A DNA stretch of 24,000 nucleotides from an uncultured delta proteobacterium (GCA_963711565.1 CAVQEQ010000003.1:1335629-1359628), one strand, 5' to 3'; shown: positions 1-7,804, numbered from the stretch's first letter. Notes: generated from the sequence alone by a model not told the origin. Program-made: numbers and translations.

Positions 1-1
1 G

Positions 2-325
2 CACGCCGCGGGCCACACTGGTTCCCGCAATGGCATGGGAAATCGGTGGGGAAAGGGCTACAGACGTGGCCTGGTCAATAGCTCCTTCGGATCTTCCTAT
101 TACGGATACGGCGGTTACGGCGGCTACGGGAATGAGATCGTCGAGAACGACGATGAAGCCGACTGGTCCGAACAATGGGCATCGATATACGAAGATAACG
201 ACGGCCCCTACGCGAGATCCACCCGCGAAACCTCATCCGGCCCAGCGCGCATGTGGGTATTTACGGACAAAGACGGGGACACGACTACCTCAAGCTCTCC
301 AAATACCTCAAGCTGTGGAAAATAG
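2..325 (+). CDS. Possible 3-prime end of a hypothetical protein with a Gly/Tyr-rich tract and an acidic C-terminal half (open at window edge)
   Basis: This frame has no in-frame stop between the window edge and the ATG at 35, and it ends at TAG 323-325. The product contains YYGYGGYGGYG followed by NEIVENDDEADWSEQWASIYEDNDGPY. The competing frame (30..335) gives a T/P/R-rich product typical of off-frame translation. No family was recognised and the region may be non-coding. Confidence 0.3.
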   Translation, partial: HAAGHTGSRNGMGNRWGKGYRRGLVNSSFGSSYYGYGGYGGYGNEIVENDDEADWSEQWASIYEDNDGPYARSTRETSSGPARMWVFTDKDGDTTTSSSPNTSSCGK

Positions 326-423
326 CGGCGGCTAGATATTCGCGACCCTGATGCTCGCGCCGCAATGCGCCGGCTAAGCGCTTCACCTTAGACTCTCGAC
401 TGGTTGACGCCGCGCCTGCGACC

Positions 424-1926
424 GTGTTCCTTCAAGGCGTGATCGAAGCCTTCATTGCACGGGTGCGTTTGCGCGTCGCGATTGCCGCCACCTCGATGCT
501 CGCCTGCCTCGCGATCGCCGGTTCCGCTTTCGCCGCATCACCTACGCCCAACCTTCTGCCGGCTGAGTCGCGGGGAGTGTCGCAGGCGCCGCCGCCTCAA
601 CCGATTAATTGGGACCGCGTCACGCAGGAAGCGACCGACCTGCTGTCCAGGTACATCCAGATCAACACCACCAACCCACCCGGCAACGAGCTCGACGCGG
701 CGCGGATGCTCAAGGAGAAATTTCTCACCGACGGCATTCCCGCTACGACTTGGGAGCCGCAGAAGGGACGCGGGATCGTCGCGGCGCGCTTGCGCGGTAT
801 CGGCAAGCATACCAAGTCCATCATCCTGCTGAGTCACATGGACGTGGTGCCAGCCAATCCGAAGGAATGGCAGGTCCCGCCGTTCTCGGGCCTCGTCAAG
901 AATGGGCAAATCTGGGGACGCGGCGCGATCGACGACAAGGGCCCCGGCGTCATCGAGCTGATGGCGATGCTCGCGATCAAGCGCGCGGGCATCCTGCTCA
1001 ATCGCGACGTTTTGTTCATTGCCACCGGCGACGAGGAAGAAGGCGGCAAGAACGGCGCGGGATGGTTTGTCGATCATGAGGCCAGCGTCTTCTCCGACGC
1101 CGGTTACCTGCTAAACGAAGGCGGCGGGATTAGCCCGCTGGCCGACAACAAGCGAAAAGTTTACGTGGTGTCCGTTACCGAGAAGACGCCGCTGTGGCTC
1201 CGGCTCACCGCCAGCGGCCCCGCCGGGCACGCATCCGATCCGCCGTCGGAAACCGCGGTCACGCGGCTGGTGCGCGCGCTGGACAAGTTGAGCGAGTACA
1301 AAACGCCGATCCACGTGATCGGGCCGGTGCAGGATTACTATCATACGATGGCCGAGCTCGATCACGGTCCCAAACAGCAGCTCGATCTCAGCACCGCGCT
1401 GAAGGATCCCGAATATCAGAATAAGTTTCTTGCCGATCCGAGTCAGAATGCTGCCGTGCGCGATACGATTACGCCCACGGTGCTGTCCGCCAGCCAGAAG
1501 ACCAACGTGATTTCCGAGACGGCGTACGCCGAAATCGATTGCCGGCTGCTGCCGGGCAGCGATCCCAAGACGGTCACGAGCGACATCAAGAAAGTGATCG
1601 GCGATGACACGATCAAGGTCGATGTGCTCCTGAACTTTCCGCCGATCTCGTCGCCCTCGCGCTCGCCCCTGATGACCTCGATTGATACGCTGGCGCGGGA
1701 GCACGATCAGGCCAGCGTGGTGCCGTCGATGATCATCGAATTCACCGACAGCCACTACTTCCGCCAGAAAAAGATCGTCTCTTATGGTTTCATCCCGATC
1801 GAAGTTCTCCCCGCCGAGGGAAAAGGCATTCACGGCATCAACGAACGCATCGGCGTGAAGGAACTCGCCGACGGAATTCAGCGGATGGTAGAGTTGCTCA
1901 AGAATTTCGGGGCCAGAATTAGGTGA
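424..1926 (+). CDS. Secreted M20-family metallopeptidase (ArgE/DapE/ACY1/CPG2-like)
   Basis: 500-aa ORF with a signal-like N-terminus (RVRLRVAIAATSMLACLAIAGSAFA/ASP). It carries M20 metal-ligand blocks LLSHMDVVPA, WGRGAIDDKG, GDEEEGG and LNEGGG. The start is uncertain: GTG 424, GTG 463 and ATG 496 are all in frame and none has a clear SD. Confidence 0.88.
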   Translation: MFLQGVIEAFIARVRLRVAIAATSMLACLAIAGSAFAASPTPNLLPAESRGVSQAPPPQPINWDRVTQEATDLLSRYIQINTTNPPGNELDAARMLKEKFLTDGIPATTWEPQKGRGIVAARLRGIGKHTKSIILLSHMDVVPANPKEWQVPPFSGLVKNGQIWGRGAIDDKGPGVIELMAMLAIKRAGILLNRDVLFIATGDEEEGGKNGAGWFVDHEASVFSDAGYLLNEGGGISPLADNKRKVYVVSVTEKTPLWLRLTASGPAGHASDPPSETAVTRLVRALDKLSEYKTPIHVIGPVQDYYHTMAELDHGPKQQLDLSTALKDPEYQNKFLADPSQNAAVRDTITPTVLSASQKTNVISETAYAEIDCRLLPGSDPKTVTSDIKKVIGDDTIKVDVLLNFPPISSPSRSPLMTSIDTLAREHDQASVVPSMIIEFTDSHYFRQKKIVSYGFIPIEVLPAEGKGIHGINERIGVKELADGIQRMVELLKNFGARIR

Positions 1927-1930
1927 TGCG

Positions 1931-3130
1931 ATGATTCGAGCCGGGGTCGGTCATTCGACCGCGCGCAATCCGCGCAACGCCGCTGCCGAGGCCACCGCCG
2001 CCGCGCTCGCGCAGGCGGGGATTAGCCGCGCAGTGGGCGCGCTATGCTTCGCGACTCCGGCCTACGGCGCCGCGTATCCGATGATCCTGCGCGCGGTGGC
2101 TTCCGAAGCAGGCACGCGCGAAGTCGCGGGATGCTCGAGCATGGGCGTCATCGCGGGCGAGACCGAAATCGAATCCGGCCACGCGCTCGCTGTGCTGGTG
2201 TTCGGCGGCAACGAAAACGAGATCCGCGCAACGCGATTCTTCGTGCCGACGCTTCGCGGCCGTGCCGCAGGTGTCGCGGCTGACGTGGCAGCCGCCGTGC
2301 GTCCGCAGCTCGACAAAACGAACCTGCTGATTCTCTTTGCCGATACGTACAACTTCGAAGCCGAAGCGACGCTCGAAGCTCTCGGCGCTGAATTGCCCAG
2401 CGTGACGATCGCCGGCGGCGGTGCGAGCGAGGACGGCTCGATTGGCGAGACGTTCGTTTTCTGCGGCGACACAATCAGCTCGAACGCCGTTTCCGGGATG
2501 CTGTTGTCGGGAGACTTCGAGCTGACTCTTGCGAACACGATCGCATGCGGCCTGATCGGCGCGGCGCATCGCGTGACCGCCGCGCGCGACAATATCCTGA
2601 TCGAACTCGACGGGCGCCCCGCATACGAAGTCTTCGCCGAGGCCGCCGGCCCCCTTGCCGCAGATCTGCGCCGCGCGCTGACGTACGTCTTCGTCGCAAT
2701 TCCAGCATACGAGAATGCGCCAACGATCGAGCGCGGACAATTCGTCGTGCGCAATATCGTCGGCGCCAGCGAAGAGCACGGCGTAATCGCGGTCGCATTC
2801 CAGCCCAAAGTCGGCGACACACTTGGGTTTGTGCTGCGCGACGCCGAGCGCTCGCGCCAGGACTTGAAGGCGACGCTCGACGACTTGAATGATCGCCTCG
2901 ACCCCCAGGCGCCGCCCGCGTTCGGCTTGTACTTCGATTGCGTCTCGCGCGGCGCCGGCCTCTACAACATTCCGGGCCACGACTCCGCCTACATCAGGCG
3001 CGCGCTGGGCCCCGTTCCGATCGCCGGCTTCTTCACCGGTTTCGAAATCGGCCCGTTGGCCGAGCAAACCTCGCTGCTGCAGTACTCAGGCGTCCTCGCG
3101 CTGATCTCGGAGAGAAAATTGCAGAGTTAA
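1931..3130 (+). CDS. Stand-alone FIST domain (FIST_N + FIST_C) sensory protein
   Basis: The ATG lies 4 nt after the peptidase stop, indicating an operon. The sequence pattern fits FIST: GCSSMGVIAG, LLILFADTYNFEAEATLEAL, VTIAGGGASED, ILIELDGRPAYEVF, GLYFDCVSRGAGLY and PIAGFFTGFEIGP. No transmitter or output domain is present. Confidence 0.78.
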   Translation: MIRAGVGHSTARNPRNAAAEATAAALAQAGISRAVGALCFATPAYGAAYPMILRAVASEAGTREVAGCSSMGVIAGETEIESGHALAVLVFGGNENEIRATRFFVPTLRGRAAGVAADVAAAVRPQLDKTNLLILFADTYNFEAEATLEALGAELPSVTIAGGGASEDGSIGETFVFCGDTISSNAVSGMLLSGDFELTLANTIACGLIGAAHRVTAARDNILIELDGRPAYEVFAEAAGPLAADLRRALTYVFVAIPAYENAPTIERGQFVVRNIVGASEEHGVIAVAFQPKVGDTLGFVLRDAERSRQDLKATLDDLNDRLDPQAPPAFGLYFDCVSRGAGLYNIPGHDSAYIRRALGPVPIAGFFTGFEIGPLAEQTSLLQYSGVLALISERKLQS

Positions 3131-3149
3131 CACGGCTCGCCCGTCTTTC

Positions 3150-3340
3150 CGATTCCCTCCCCCGTCCTTTTTCTGATCCCCTCCCCCGTTCGCGGGGGGA
3201 GGGTTAGGGTGGGGGACAATATGGCGCGCGATTGTCCGGTGCGCGCCATATTCTGTCGCTGCGGCGAAATTTGAACTTAAGGTCCCCCACCCGACGCTCG
3301 ATGACGAGCGTCGGCCTCCCCCCATGAATGGGGGAGGCGA
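3150..3340. repeat. Composite REP-like palindromic element made of C-tract/G-tract hairpins between convergent genes
   Basis: Direct 11-mer ccctcccccgt occurs at 3155-3165 and 3179-3189. Hairpin ccctccccc (3179-3187) pairs with gggggaggg (3195-3203). G-run block GGGGGGAGGGTTAGGGTGGGGG spans 3194-3215. Nested inverted repeat gacaatatggcgcgc (3215-3229) pairs with gcgcgccatattctgtc (3241-3257), and ggacaat (3214-3220) pairs with attgtcc (3231-3237). gggtggggg (3207-3215) is complementary to cccccaccc (3284-3292). A 10-bp stem joins 3291-3300 with 3305-3314. A 9-bp stem gcctccccc (3314-3322) pairs with gggggaggc (3330-3338). Confidence 0.75.
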
Positions 3341-3343
3341 AGA

Positions 3344-4135
3344 TCATCGCAGTTTGCGCGTCACCAGCATCGCGATTCGGTATGTGAAATACATCTCACC
3401 GTCGATTCTGACCGGACGCGCGCCGCTCAGATCTTCGACCGCGTCCCGCTCGACCATCGCAACCGCCTTCGCCGCGCGCTCCGGCGACGTATGCGCCGCC
3501 TTGATCCATTGCGAGACGGGAGTGCGATAGCCGTGCGACCTAAACCGTACTATCTCGAGGCCCGCCGCGCCCATCATCCGGACCAGTTCGCTGATCGCGA
3601 GCGCACTCGTATGCGACGTGTCGCGCAACCGCTCGAACTCGTTGTAGTACGCCGCGCGCTCGGGCTGCTCGCTGGCAATCAAATCCTCGATCGCCACCAG
3701 CCCGTCAGCGCGGCACACGCGCGCCATCTCGGCGATCACCCTTTCCGGCGCCGCGAAATGATGCACCGCGAAGCGGCACAGGACGACATCGAATTCGCCG
3801 TCCTTGAACGGCAGCCTCGACTCCACATCGCCCTTCGTGAAGCTGACGTTGGCAAGTCCACGTTCCGCGCGCATCTTCTCCGCAATCTTGAGCGGCGCGT
3901 CGGTCAGGTCGATGCCGACGACTTCGCGGCAGACCTGTGCAAACGCCATCGCGACATGCCCCGGTCCCGTCGCGACTTCCAGCACGCGCGCATCGGCGGG
4001 CGGCGCGACAATCTCGACCAGCTTGCGCAGATGCTCGGCGTCACGAATCGCGGGCGCAGTCGCGTAGTCGTTCGCCTGCCGGGTGAATTCTTCGCGGACG
4101 AGATCTTTGTGTTCCATATTTCCCAAGTCGTCCAT
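3344..4135 (-). CDS. Class I SAM-dependent methyltransferase (UbiE/Methyltransf_11-like)
   Basis: SAM motif I is VLEVATGPGHVAMAFA, followed by VVGIDLT and FDVVLCRFAVHHF. The N-terminus MDDLGNMEHKDLVREEFTRQANDYA is typical for this family. I place the start at ATG 4135 (alternative ATG 4117). The ORF-track extension to 4450 runs through the divergent acyl-CoA dehydrogenase gene and looks spurious. Confidence 0.85.
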   Translation of the reverse strand: MDDLGNMEHKDLVREEFTRQANDYATAPAIRDAEHLRKLVEIVAPPADARVLEVATGPGHVAMAFAQVCREVVGIDLTDAPLKIAEKMRAERGLANVSFTKGDVESRLPFKDGEFDVVLCRFAVHHFAAPERVIAEMARVCRADGLVAIEDLIASEQPERAAYYNEFERLRDTSHTSALAISELVRMMGAAGLEIVRFRSHGYRTPVSQWIKAAHTSPERAAKAVAMVERDAVEDLSGARPVRIDGEMYFTYRIAMLVTRKLR

Positions 4136-4280
4136 TGTCGCCGTTCCGGCGAGCGAATCAAGCGCGCAACCGCATCCTCCCGGCGCTTGCGCGGCTGAAA
4201 GCCTTAATGGTACCTGAAACATGGATCTGAGCGGTTTCAAGCCGCAGGATTCCCCATCGAGAAAACGGAGGATTGCCAAG

Positions 4281-5408
4281 TTGGATTTCGGATTTTCTGA
4301 AGAACAAGAGATGCTTCGGGACGCGGCCAAGCGCTTTCTGGCCGACAACTGCCCGACCAAGTTTGTCCGCCAGATGATGGCGGACCCGACCGCGCACGAC
4401 GCCGCTTTCTGGAAAAAGCTGGTCGAACTCGGATGGCCCGGCCTGCTCATCCCCGAAAGTTACGGCGGGCAGGGCGGCAGCTTCCTCGACATGACGGTGA
4501 TCGTCGAAGAAGCCGGCAAGGCACTCGTGCCGGGGCCCTTCTTCACTTCCGCACTGCTCGCGGCGCCGCTCCTGATAGAAGGCGGCTCGGATCAGCAGAA
4601 GAAAGATCTGCTCCCGCGCATGGCGAAGGGCGAGTTTATCGGTACTGTCGCAATTGCCGAGGCTGCGGGCCGGTTCGACGCCGATGGAATCCAGCTCAAG
4701 GCGACCAAGTCCGGCAACGAATACACGATCACCGGCGAGAAGTTTTTCGTGCCCGACGCGCACGTTGCCAACGGGATGGCGGTTGCGGTCCGCACCGGCG
4801 GCAGCGGCGAAAAAGGAATTACGATCCTCGCGATGAACGCCAAGGCGCCCGGCATCACGATCACTCAGCTCAAGACCGTCGATATGACGCGGCGGCTGTG
4901 CCACGTGAAGTTCGACAATGTGAAAACTTCCGAACTCGTCGGCAAGGAAGGCGAGGGATGGCCGATTCTGCGGCGCACGCTCGACATCGCGACTGCGGGG
5001 CTCGCGGCCGAGATGGTCGGGACGGCACAGCGCGCGCTCGACATGTCGGTTGACTACGCTAAGACGCGCGTGCAATTCGGCAAGCCGATCGGTTCGTTCC
5101 AGGCCGTCAAGCACAAGTGCGTCGACATGATGGTCGCGGTCGAGAACGCGCGCTCGCTGACCTACTACGCATGCTGGACCGTCGATACCAAGGGCGCGGA
5201 AGCGGCGACCGCGGTGCCGATGGCGAAAGCGTACGCATCGGACATGGCGAAGAACGTGACGTCCGAGGCAATCCAGGTTCACGGCGGCATCGGCTTCACC
5301 TGGGAGCACGACATGCACCTCTTTCACAGGCGCGCACTAGCCGGCGAAGCCAACTTCGGCAACGCCCCGGTACATCGCGAGACCGTGGCAAAGTCGCTGC
5401 TCGGCTGA
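4281..5408 (+). CDS. Acyl-CoA dehydrogenase family protein
   Basis: Canonical ACAD N-terminus (L)DFGFSEEQEMLRDAAKRFL, then GWPGLLIPESYGG and the C-terminal IQVHGGIGFTWEHDMHLFHRRA. A TTG at 4281 is preceded by GGAGGA (4268-4273). The upstream ATG 4221 has no SD and would add a non-ACAD-like 20-aa leader. Confidence 0.9.
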   Translation: MDFGFSEEQEMLRDAAKRFLADNCPTKFVRQMMADPTAHDAAFWKKLVELGWPGLLIPESYGGQGGSFLDMTVIVEEAGKALVPGPFFTSALLAAPLLIEGGSDQQKKDLLPRMAKGEFIGTVAIAEAAGRFDADGIQLKATKSGNEYTITGEKFFVPDAHVANGMAVAVRTGGSGEKGITILAMNAKAPGITITQLKTVDMTRRLCHVKFDNVKTSELVGKEGEGWPILRRTLDIATAGLAAEMVGTAQRALDMSVDYAKTRVQFGKPIGSFQAVKHKCVDMMVAVENARSLTYYACWTVDTKGAEAATAVPMAKAYASDMAKNVTSEAIQVHGGIGFTWEHDMHLFHRRALAGEANFGNAPVHRETVAKSLLG

Positions 5409-5432
5409 TCGCGATTAGTTAGGATTGACGGA

Positions 5433-5469
5433 GGGCCGCAGGTGATGGACCTGCGGCCCTTTTGTTCTT
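5433..5469 (+). terminator. Rho-independent terminator after the acyl-CoA dehydrogenase gene
   Basis: An 11-bp GC-rich stem gggccgcaggt (5433-5443) pairs with acctgcggccc (5449-5459) around loop gatgg, followed by ttttgttctt. Confidence 0.85.
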
Positions 5470-5581
5470 CCGGCACCGCAAAACAACCTAACCCAACCCA
5501 AGAGGGAAGGGGAACAATCGCGAAGAGAGGACGTAGAGGTGATTCCTGATGAACCGGTCCGTCCTTTTGGACTCGGTCTTC

Positions 5582-5769
5582 GTGTCATTCAGAGCGAAGC
5601 GAAGAATCCCGGAGCCGTGCGTGATACCGCGGAAATTCGCGGAGTTGCCCGAAGGTCAAGTGCATTGCTACGCAGTCCACCGTCGCGCATCGCAGTCGCG
5701 CCGTGGTTGCCGTTGCATCAGTAGGCATCGAGAAAGATCCGGGATTCTTCGCTTCGCTCTGAATGACAC
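5582..5769. repeat. Perfect 32-bp inverted repeat pair with 124-bp spacer (MITE-like or long-hairpin element)
   Basis: gtgtcattcagagcgaagcgaagaatcccgga at 5582-5613 is the exact reverse complement of 5738-5769, checked base by base. Weaker similarity continues outward (gtccgt... at about 5558 and ...acggac at about 5784). No credible ORF lies inside. Confidence 0.8.
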
Positions 5770-5825
5770 AAAGGACAAACGGACAGGCGCGCCGTGGATG
5801 CGGATGAACGAATCGCGAAATTCTG

Positions 5826-6164
5826 CTACGCGATGGACTTTGCTCTCTCTTCTTCGGCGGCGGCGCTTCTTGCAGCCAGGCGGTCGCGCATTGCGCGGTG
5901 ACTTTCGCGCGTTATTGGGTAACAGCGCGCACGATCGGAAATGTTGCCGACCAGCGGGTCGGTCGTCGCGTCCAGCACCAGCGCGAGGAAGAATGCAAGT
6001 CCGGCGAGCGATGGAGAGAGGCACTTGCGATCGGTATAAAAATAGAGGAGATGAAGCCCGATTAGAGTCGCGCACAGGTTGAGGCCGGTCTGCGCCTGCG
6101 CGTAGATTAGCAGGGGACGAAGGCCGATCTTCTCACTCGAATCCCGGTTTGCCACGGCCCGCAA
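5826..6164 (-). pseudogene. Truncated N-terminal remnant of a GPH/MFS-type (MelB/XylP-like) sugar:cation symporter
   Basis: The first ~78 codons read SSEKIG...LLYFYTDRKCLSPSLAGLAFFLALVLDATTDPLVGNISDR. This matches the conserved N-terminal signature of GPH transporters (EKIGYG...YFYTD...LS...AG..F...R.WDA.TDP.MG..SDR). The expected TRWGRRRP continuation and the remaining ~10 TM segments are absent in all frames. The similarity ends near 5930. Confidence 0.5.
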
Positions 6165-6174
6165 AGACTACTCG

Positions 6175-7011
6175 ATGGACACGCGGATATACAAAGCGAT
6201 TGCGATTCCCCTGCTGCTGATGTGGTTCGCTGTGCTGATTCTGTCGCTCGCGCTGTCGGTGCAGGGATGCTCGACGGTCACCTCGAAGGTCAAGTCGATC
6301 ATGGGGACCTCCGACGACGACGACTCGGCCGATCTCGACGACGCGGCCAACGCCAACGAAGGCGAGCCGCTGCCGCCGCCGGTCGCGAACGTCGCGATCA
6401 GCTACCGGCGTCCCGGCGACGCGCTGGCGCGGGCGACGGTGATCAAGTTCTTCGGCGCCGAAGTGATCGCGAACCATCAACGCGACGCGACGCATACCGA
6501 GTCCGTGGTGCGATTCGACGGCGGCGTTCCAATCTGGGAGTTCAAGGCCGACGAAAGCACGTTCGGCTCTTTCACCGGCGTTGGCGAGTCCAAGTACACG
6601 CTCAAGAATATCGAGTACTCGAAAGTGCCGACGCACTTCGCGCAGGTGCTGCCCGAGGAAGGACCGCCCGAGCCGCTTGACCGCGGCTCTTACTACGTCT
6701 TTCAGATCGAACGTCAATCGGGTTCGACCAGCTACCAGGCGGTCAAGGTGCTGGCCGACGGCTCGCTGCAGGCCTACAACGCGCAACCGCGGGCGGGCAG
6801 CAGTTACCTGCTGTGCTGCAACGTGACGGCGGATTTTCCCGAACCGGTGATTCTGCCCGATACAACAACGCAAGACGCCGGAACTGCGGGCGCCTCGCCG
6901 GACGAATCTCCCGACCAATCCGGCCCTCCGCCAGACCAATCAGGCGCGAATCCAGATCAATCCGAGCCCACCCCGTCGCTCGATCCCAACCCCATGAATG
7001 GCGGGCCATAG
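6175..7011 (+). CDS. Hypothetical lipoprotein with an acidic linker and a Pro/Asp/Gln/Ser-rich C-terminal tail
   Basis: Signal peptide plus lipobox-like LALSVQG/C near the N-terminus, with a protein-like composition afterwards. The C-terminus carries PDES/PDQS repeats. No family was recognised. The overlapping antisense ORF 6133..6939 is Arg-rich and looks spurious. Confidence 0.65.
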   Translation: MDTRIYKAIAIPLLLMWFAVLILSLALSVQGCSTVTSKVKSIMGTSDDDDSADLDDAANANEGEPLPPPVANVAISYRRPGDALARATVIKFFGAEVIANHQRDATHTESVVRFDGGVPIWEFKADESTFGSFTGVGESKYTLKNIEYSKVPTHFAQVLPEEGPPEPLDRGSYYVFQIERQSGSTSYQAVKVLADGSLQAYNAQPRAGSSYLLCCNVTADFPEPVILPDTTTQDAGTAGASPDESPDQSGPPPDQSGANPDQSEPTPSLDPNPMNGGP

Positions 7012-7139
7012 CGCCTTAATCACTCTTTTTCGCCCATTTGCTGCCTGATTCGACTACTCCTTGAGCTCAAAATTCCGTAATAAATCGGCCTAGTCCTCTT
7101 GTTCGAAGAGCCGCTCATTTATGAATTTATATTCAGTTA

Positions 7140-7164
7140 TGAGTCAATAATCGGAATTGACTCA
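7140..7164. promoter_or_regulatory. Perfect 9-7-9 palindrome, candidate TetR operator
   Basis: TGAGTCAAT (7140-7148), aatcgga, ATTGACTCA (7156-7164). It sits in an AT-rich gap directly at the 5-prime end of the TetR gene. A second small palindrome TGAATttatATTCA lies at 7122-7135. Confidence 0.5.
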
Positions 7165-7804
7165 CGATTCATTTTTCGTCATAAACTGTCTCGTGGGAGA
7201 AGTTGCTCGACAAGCTGGCGACGCGCCTAACCGGTTCGATCGGCGGCGCGAAAAAACGCGCTTCGATCTGATGCAGGCGGCCGAGCGCGTCATCTCGAGC
7301 AAGGGCTACCATCAGACGCGCATCGCCGACATCGCCACTGAAGCCGACGTTGGCCTCGGCACCTTCTACCTCCACTTCAAGACCAAGAACGAAATTTTCA
7401 TCGAGCTGATCGAGCATGGCGCGGCGGAGTTGCGTAAGAATCTCGCCGAGGCGAAGGCGGGCCTGCATACGCCGGCTGAGAAGCTCAAGGTCACGATCGA
7501 TACGATTCTCGACGCGGCGGCCGAGGCGCCCGAACTTTTCCGAATAGTGTTCGGCCACAGCCCCGCGTTTCTCGATCTGATGGTCCGCGTCCACGAGGTG
7601 TTCATCGACGACCTGCGCGACGACCTTGCGCCCGCGGTCGGCGAGCGCGCGGACGCGATTGCGCATCTGACGATCGGGATGTTGTCGCAGGCTATTTCGT
7701 GGCTGCTCGCGAGCCGCGATCTCTCTCACGCGGAATTGAAAAACGTCACCGTAAATTTTGCCTTGGGCGGACTCGAGCGCGCGGCACGGCTCGGCGCCCC
7801 GTGA
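7157..7804 (+). CDS. TetR/AcrR family transcriptional regulator
   Basis: N-terminal HTH is RFDLMQAAERVISSKGYHQTRIADIATEADVGLGTFYLHFKTKNEIF. The track start TTG 7157 lies inside the palindrome. In-frame GTG 7193 is an equally plausible start and neither has a clear SD. Confidence 0.88.
   Translation: MTHDSFFVINCLVGEVARQAGDAPNRFDRRREKTRFDLMQAAERVISSKGYHQTRIADIATEADVGLGTFYLHFKTKNEIFIELIEHGAAELRKNLAEAKAGLHTPAEKLKVTIDTILDAAAEAPELFRIVFGHSPAFLDLMVRVHEVFIDDLRDDLAPAVGERADAIAHLTIGMLSQAISWLLASRDLSHAELKNVTVNFALGGLERAARLGAP

Noticed and set aside
30-335. 101-aa ORF in the alternative + frame at the window start
   Set aside because: Its T/P/R/A-rich composition looks off-frame. The competing frame was retained only at low confidence.
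1111-1833. 240-aa minus-strand ORF inside the M20 peptidase gene
   Set aside because: It is antisense to a gene with clear family motifs. The product is Arg/Gly/His-rich low-complexity sequence typical of shadow ORFs in GC-rich DNA.
2042-3067. 341-aa and 252-aa minus-strand ORFs opposite the FIST gene
   Set aside because: They have the same shadow-ORF character (R/A/G-rich, no motifs). The + strand product has a coherent FIST pattern.
4136-4450. N-terminal extension of the methyltransferase ORF to 4450, and the ATG 4221 start of the ACAD ORF
   Set aside because: The two extensions would overlap each other on opposite strands. The internal starts (ATG 4135; TTG 4281 with GGAGGA) give canonical family N-termini and leave a normal divergent promoter gap.
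4158-5327. 389-aa minus-strand ORF opposite the acyl-CoA dehydrogenase gene
   Set aside because: It is antisense to an unmistakable ACAD sequence and has an Arg/His/Asp-rich composition with no recognisable domain.
5409-5418. The 10-mer tcgcgattag lies right after the stop codon and before the terminator of two + strand genes (5409-5418 and 8831-8840)
   Set aside because: The position is intriguing. However, many shared 10-mers are expected by chance in 24 kb, and no further similarity extends around them.
6133-6939. 268-aa minus-strand ORF opposite the lipoprotein gene
   Set aside because: The product is extremely Arg-rich. The + strand frame gives a signal peptide, lipobox and protein-like composition.
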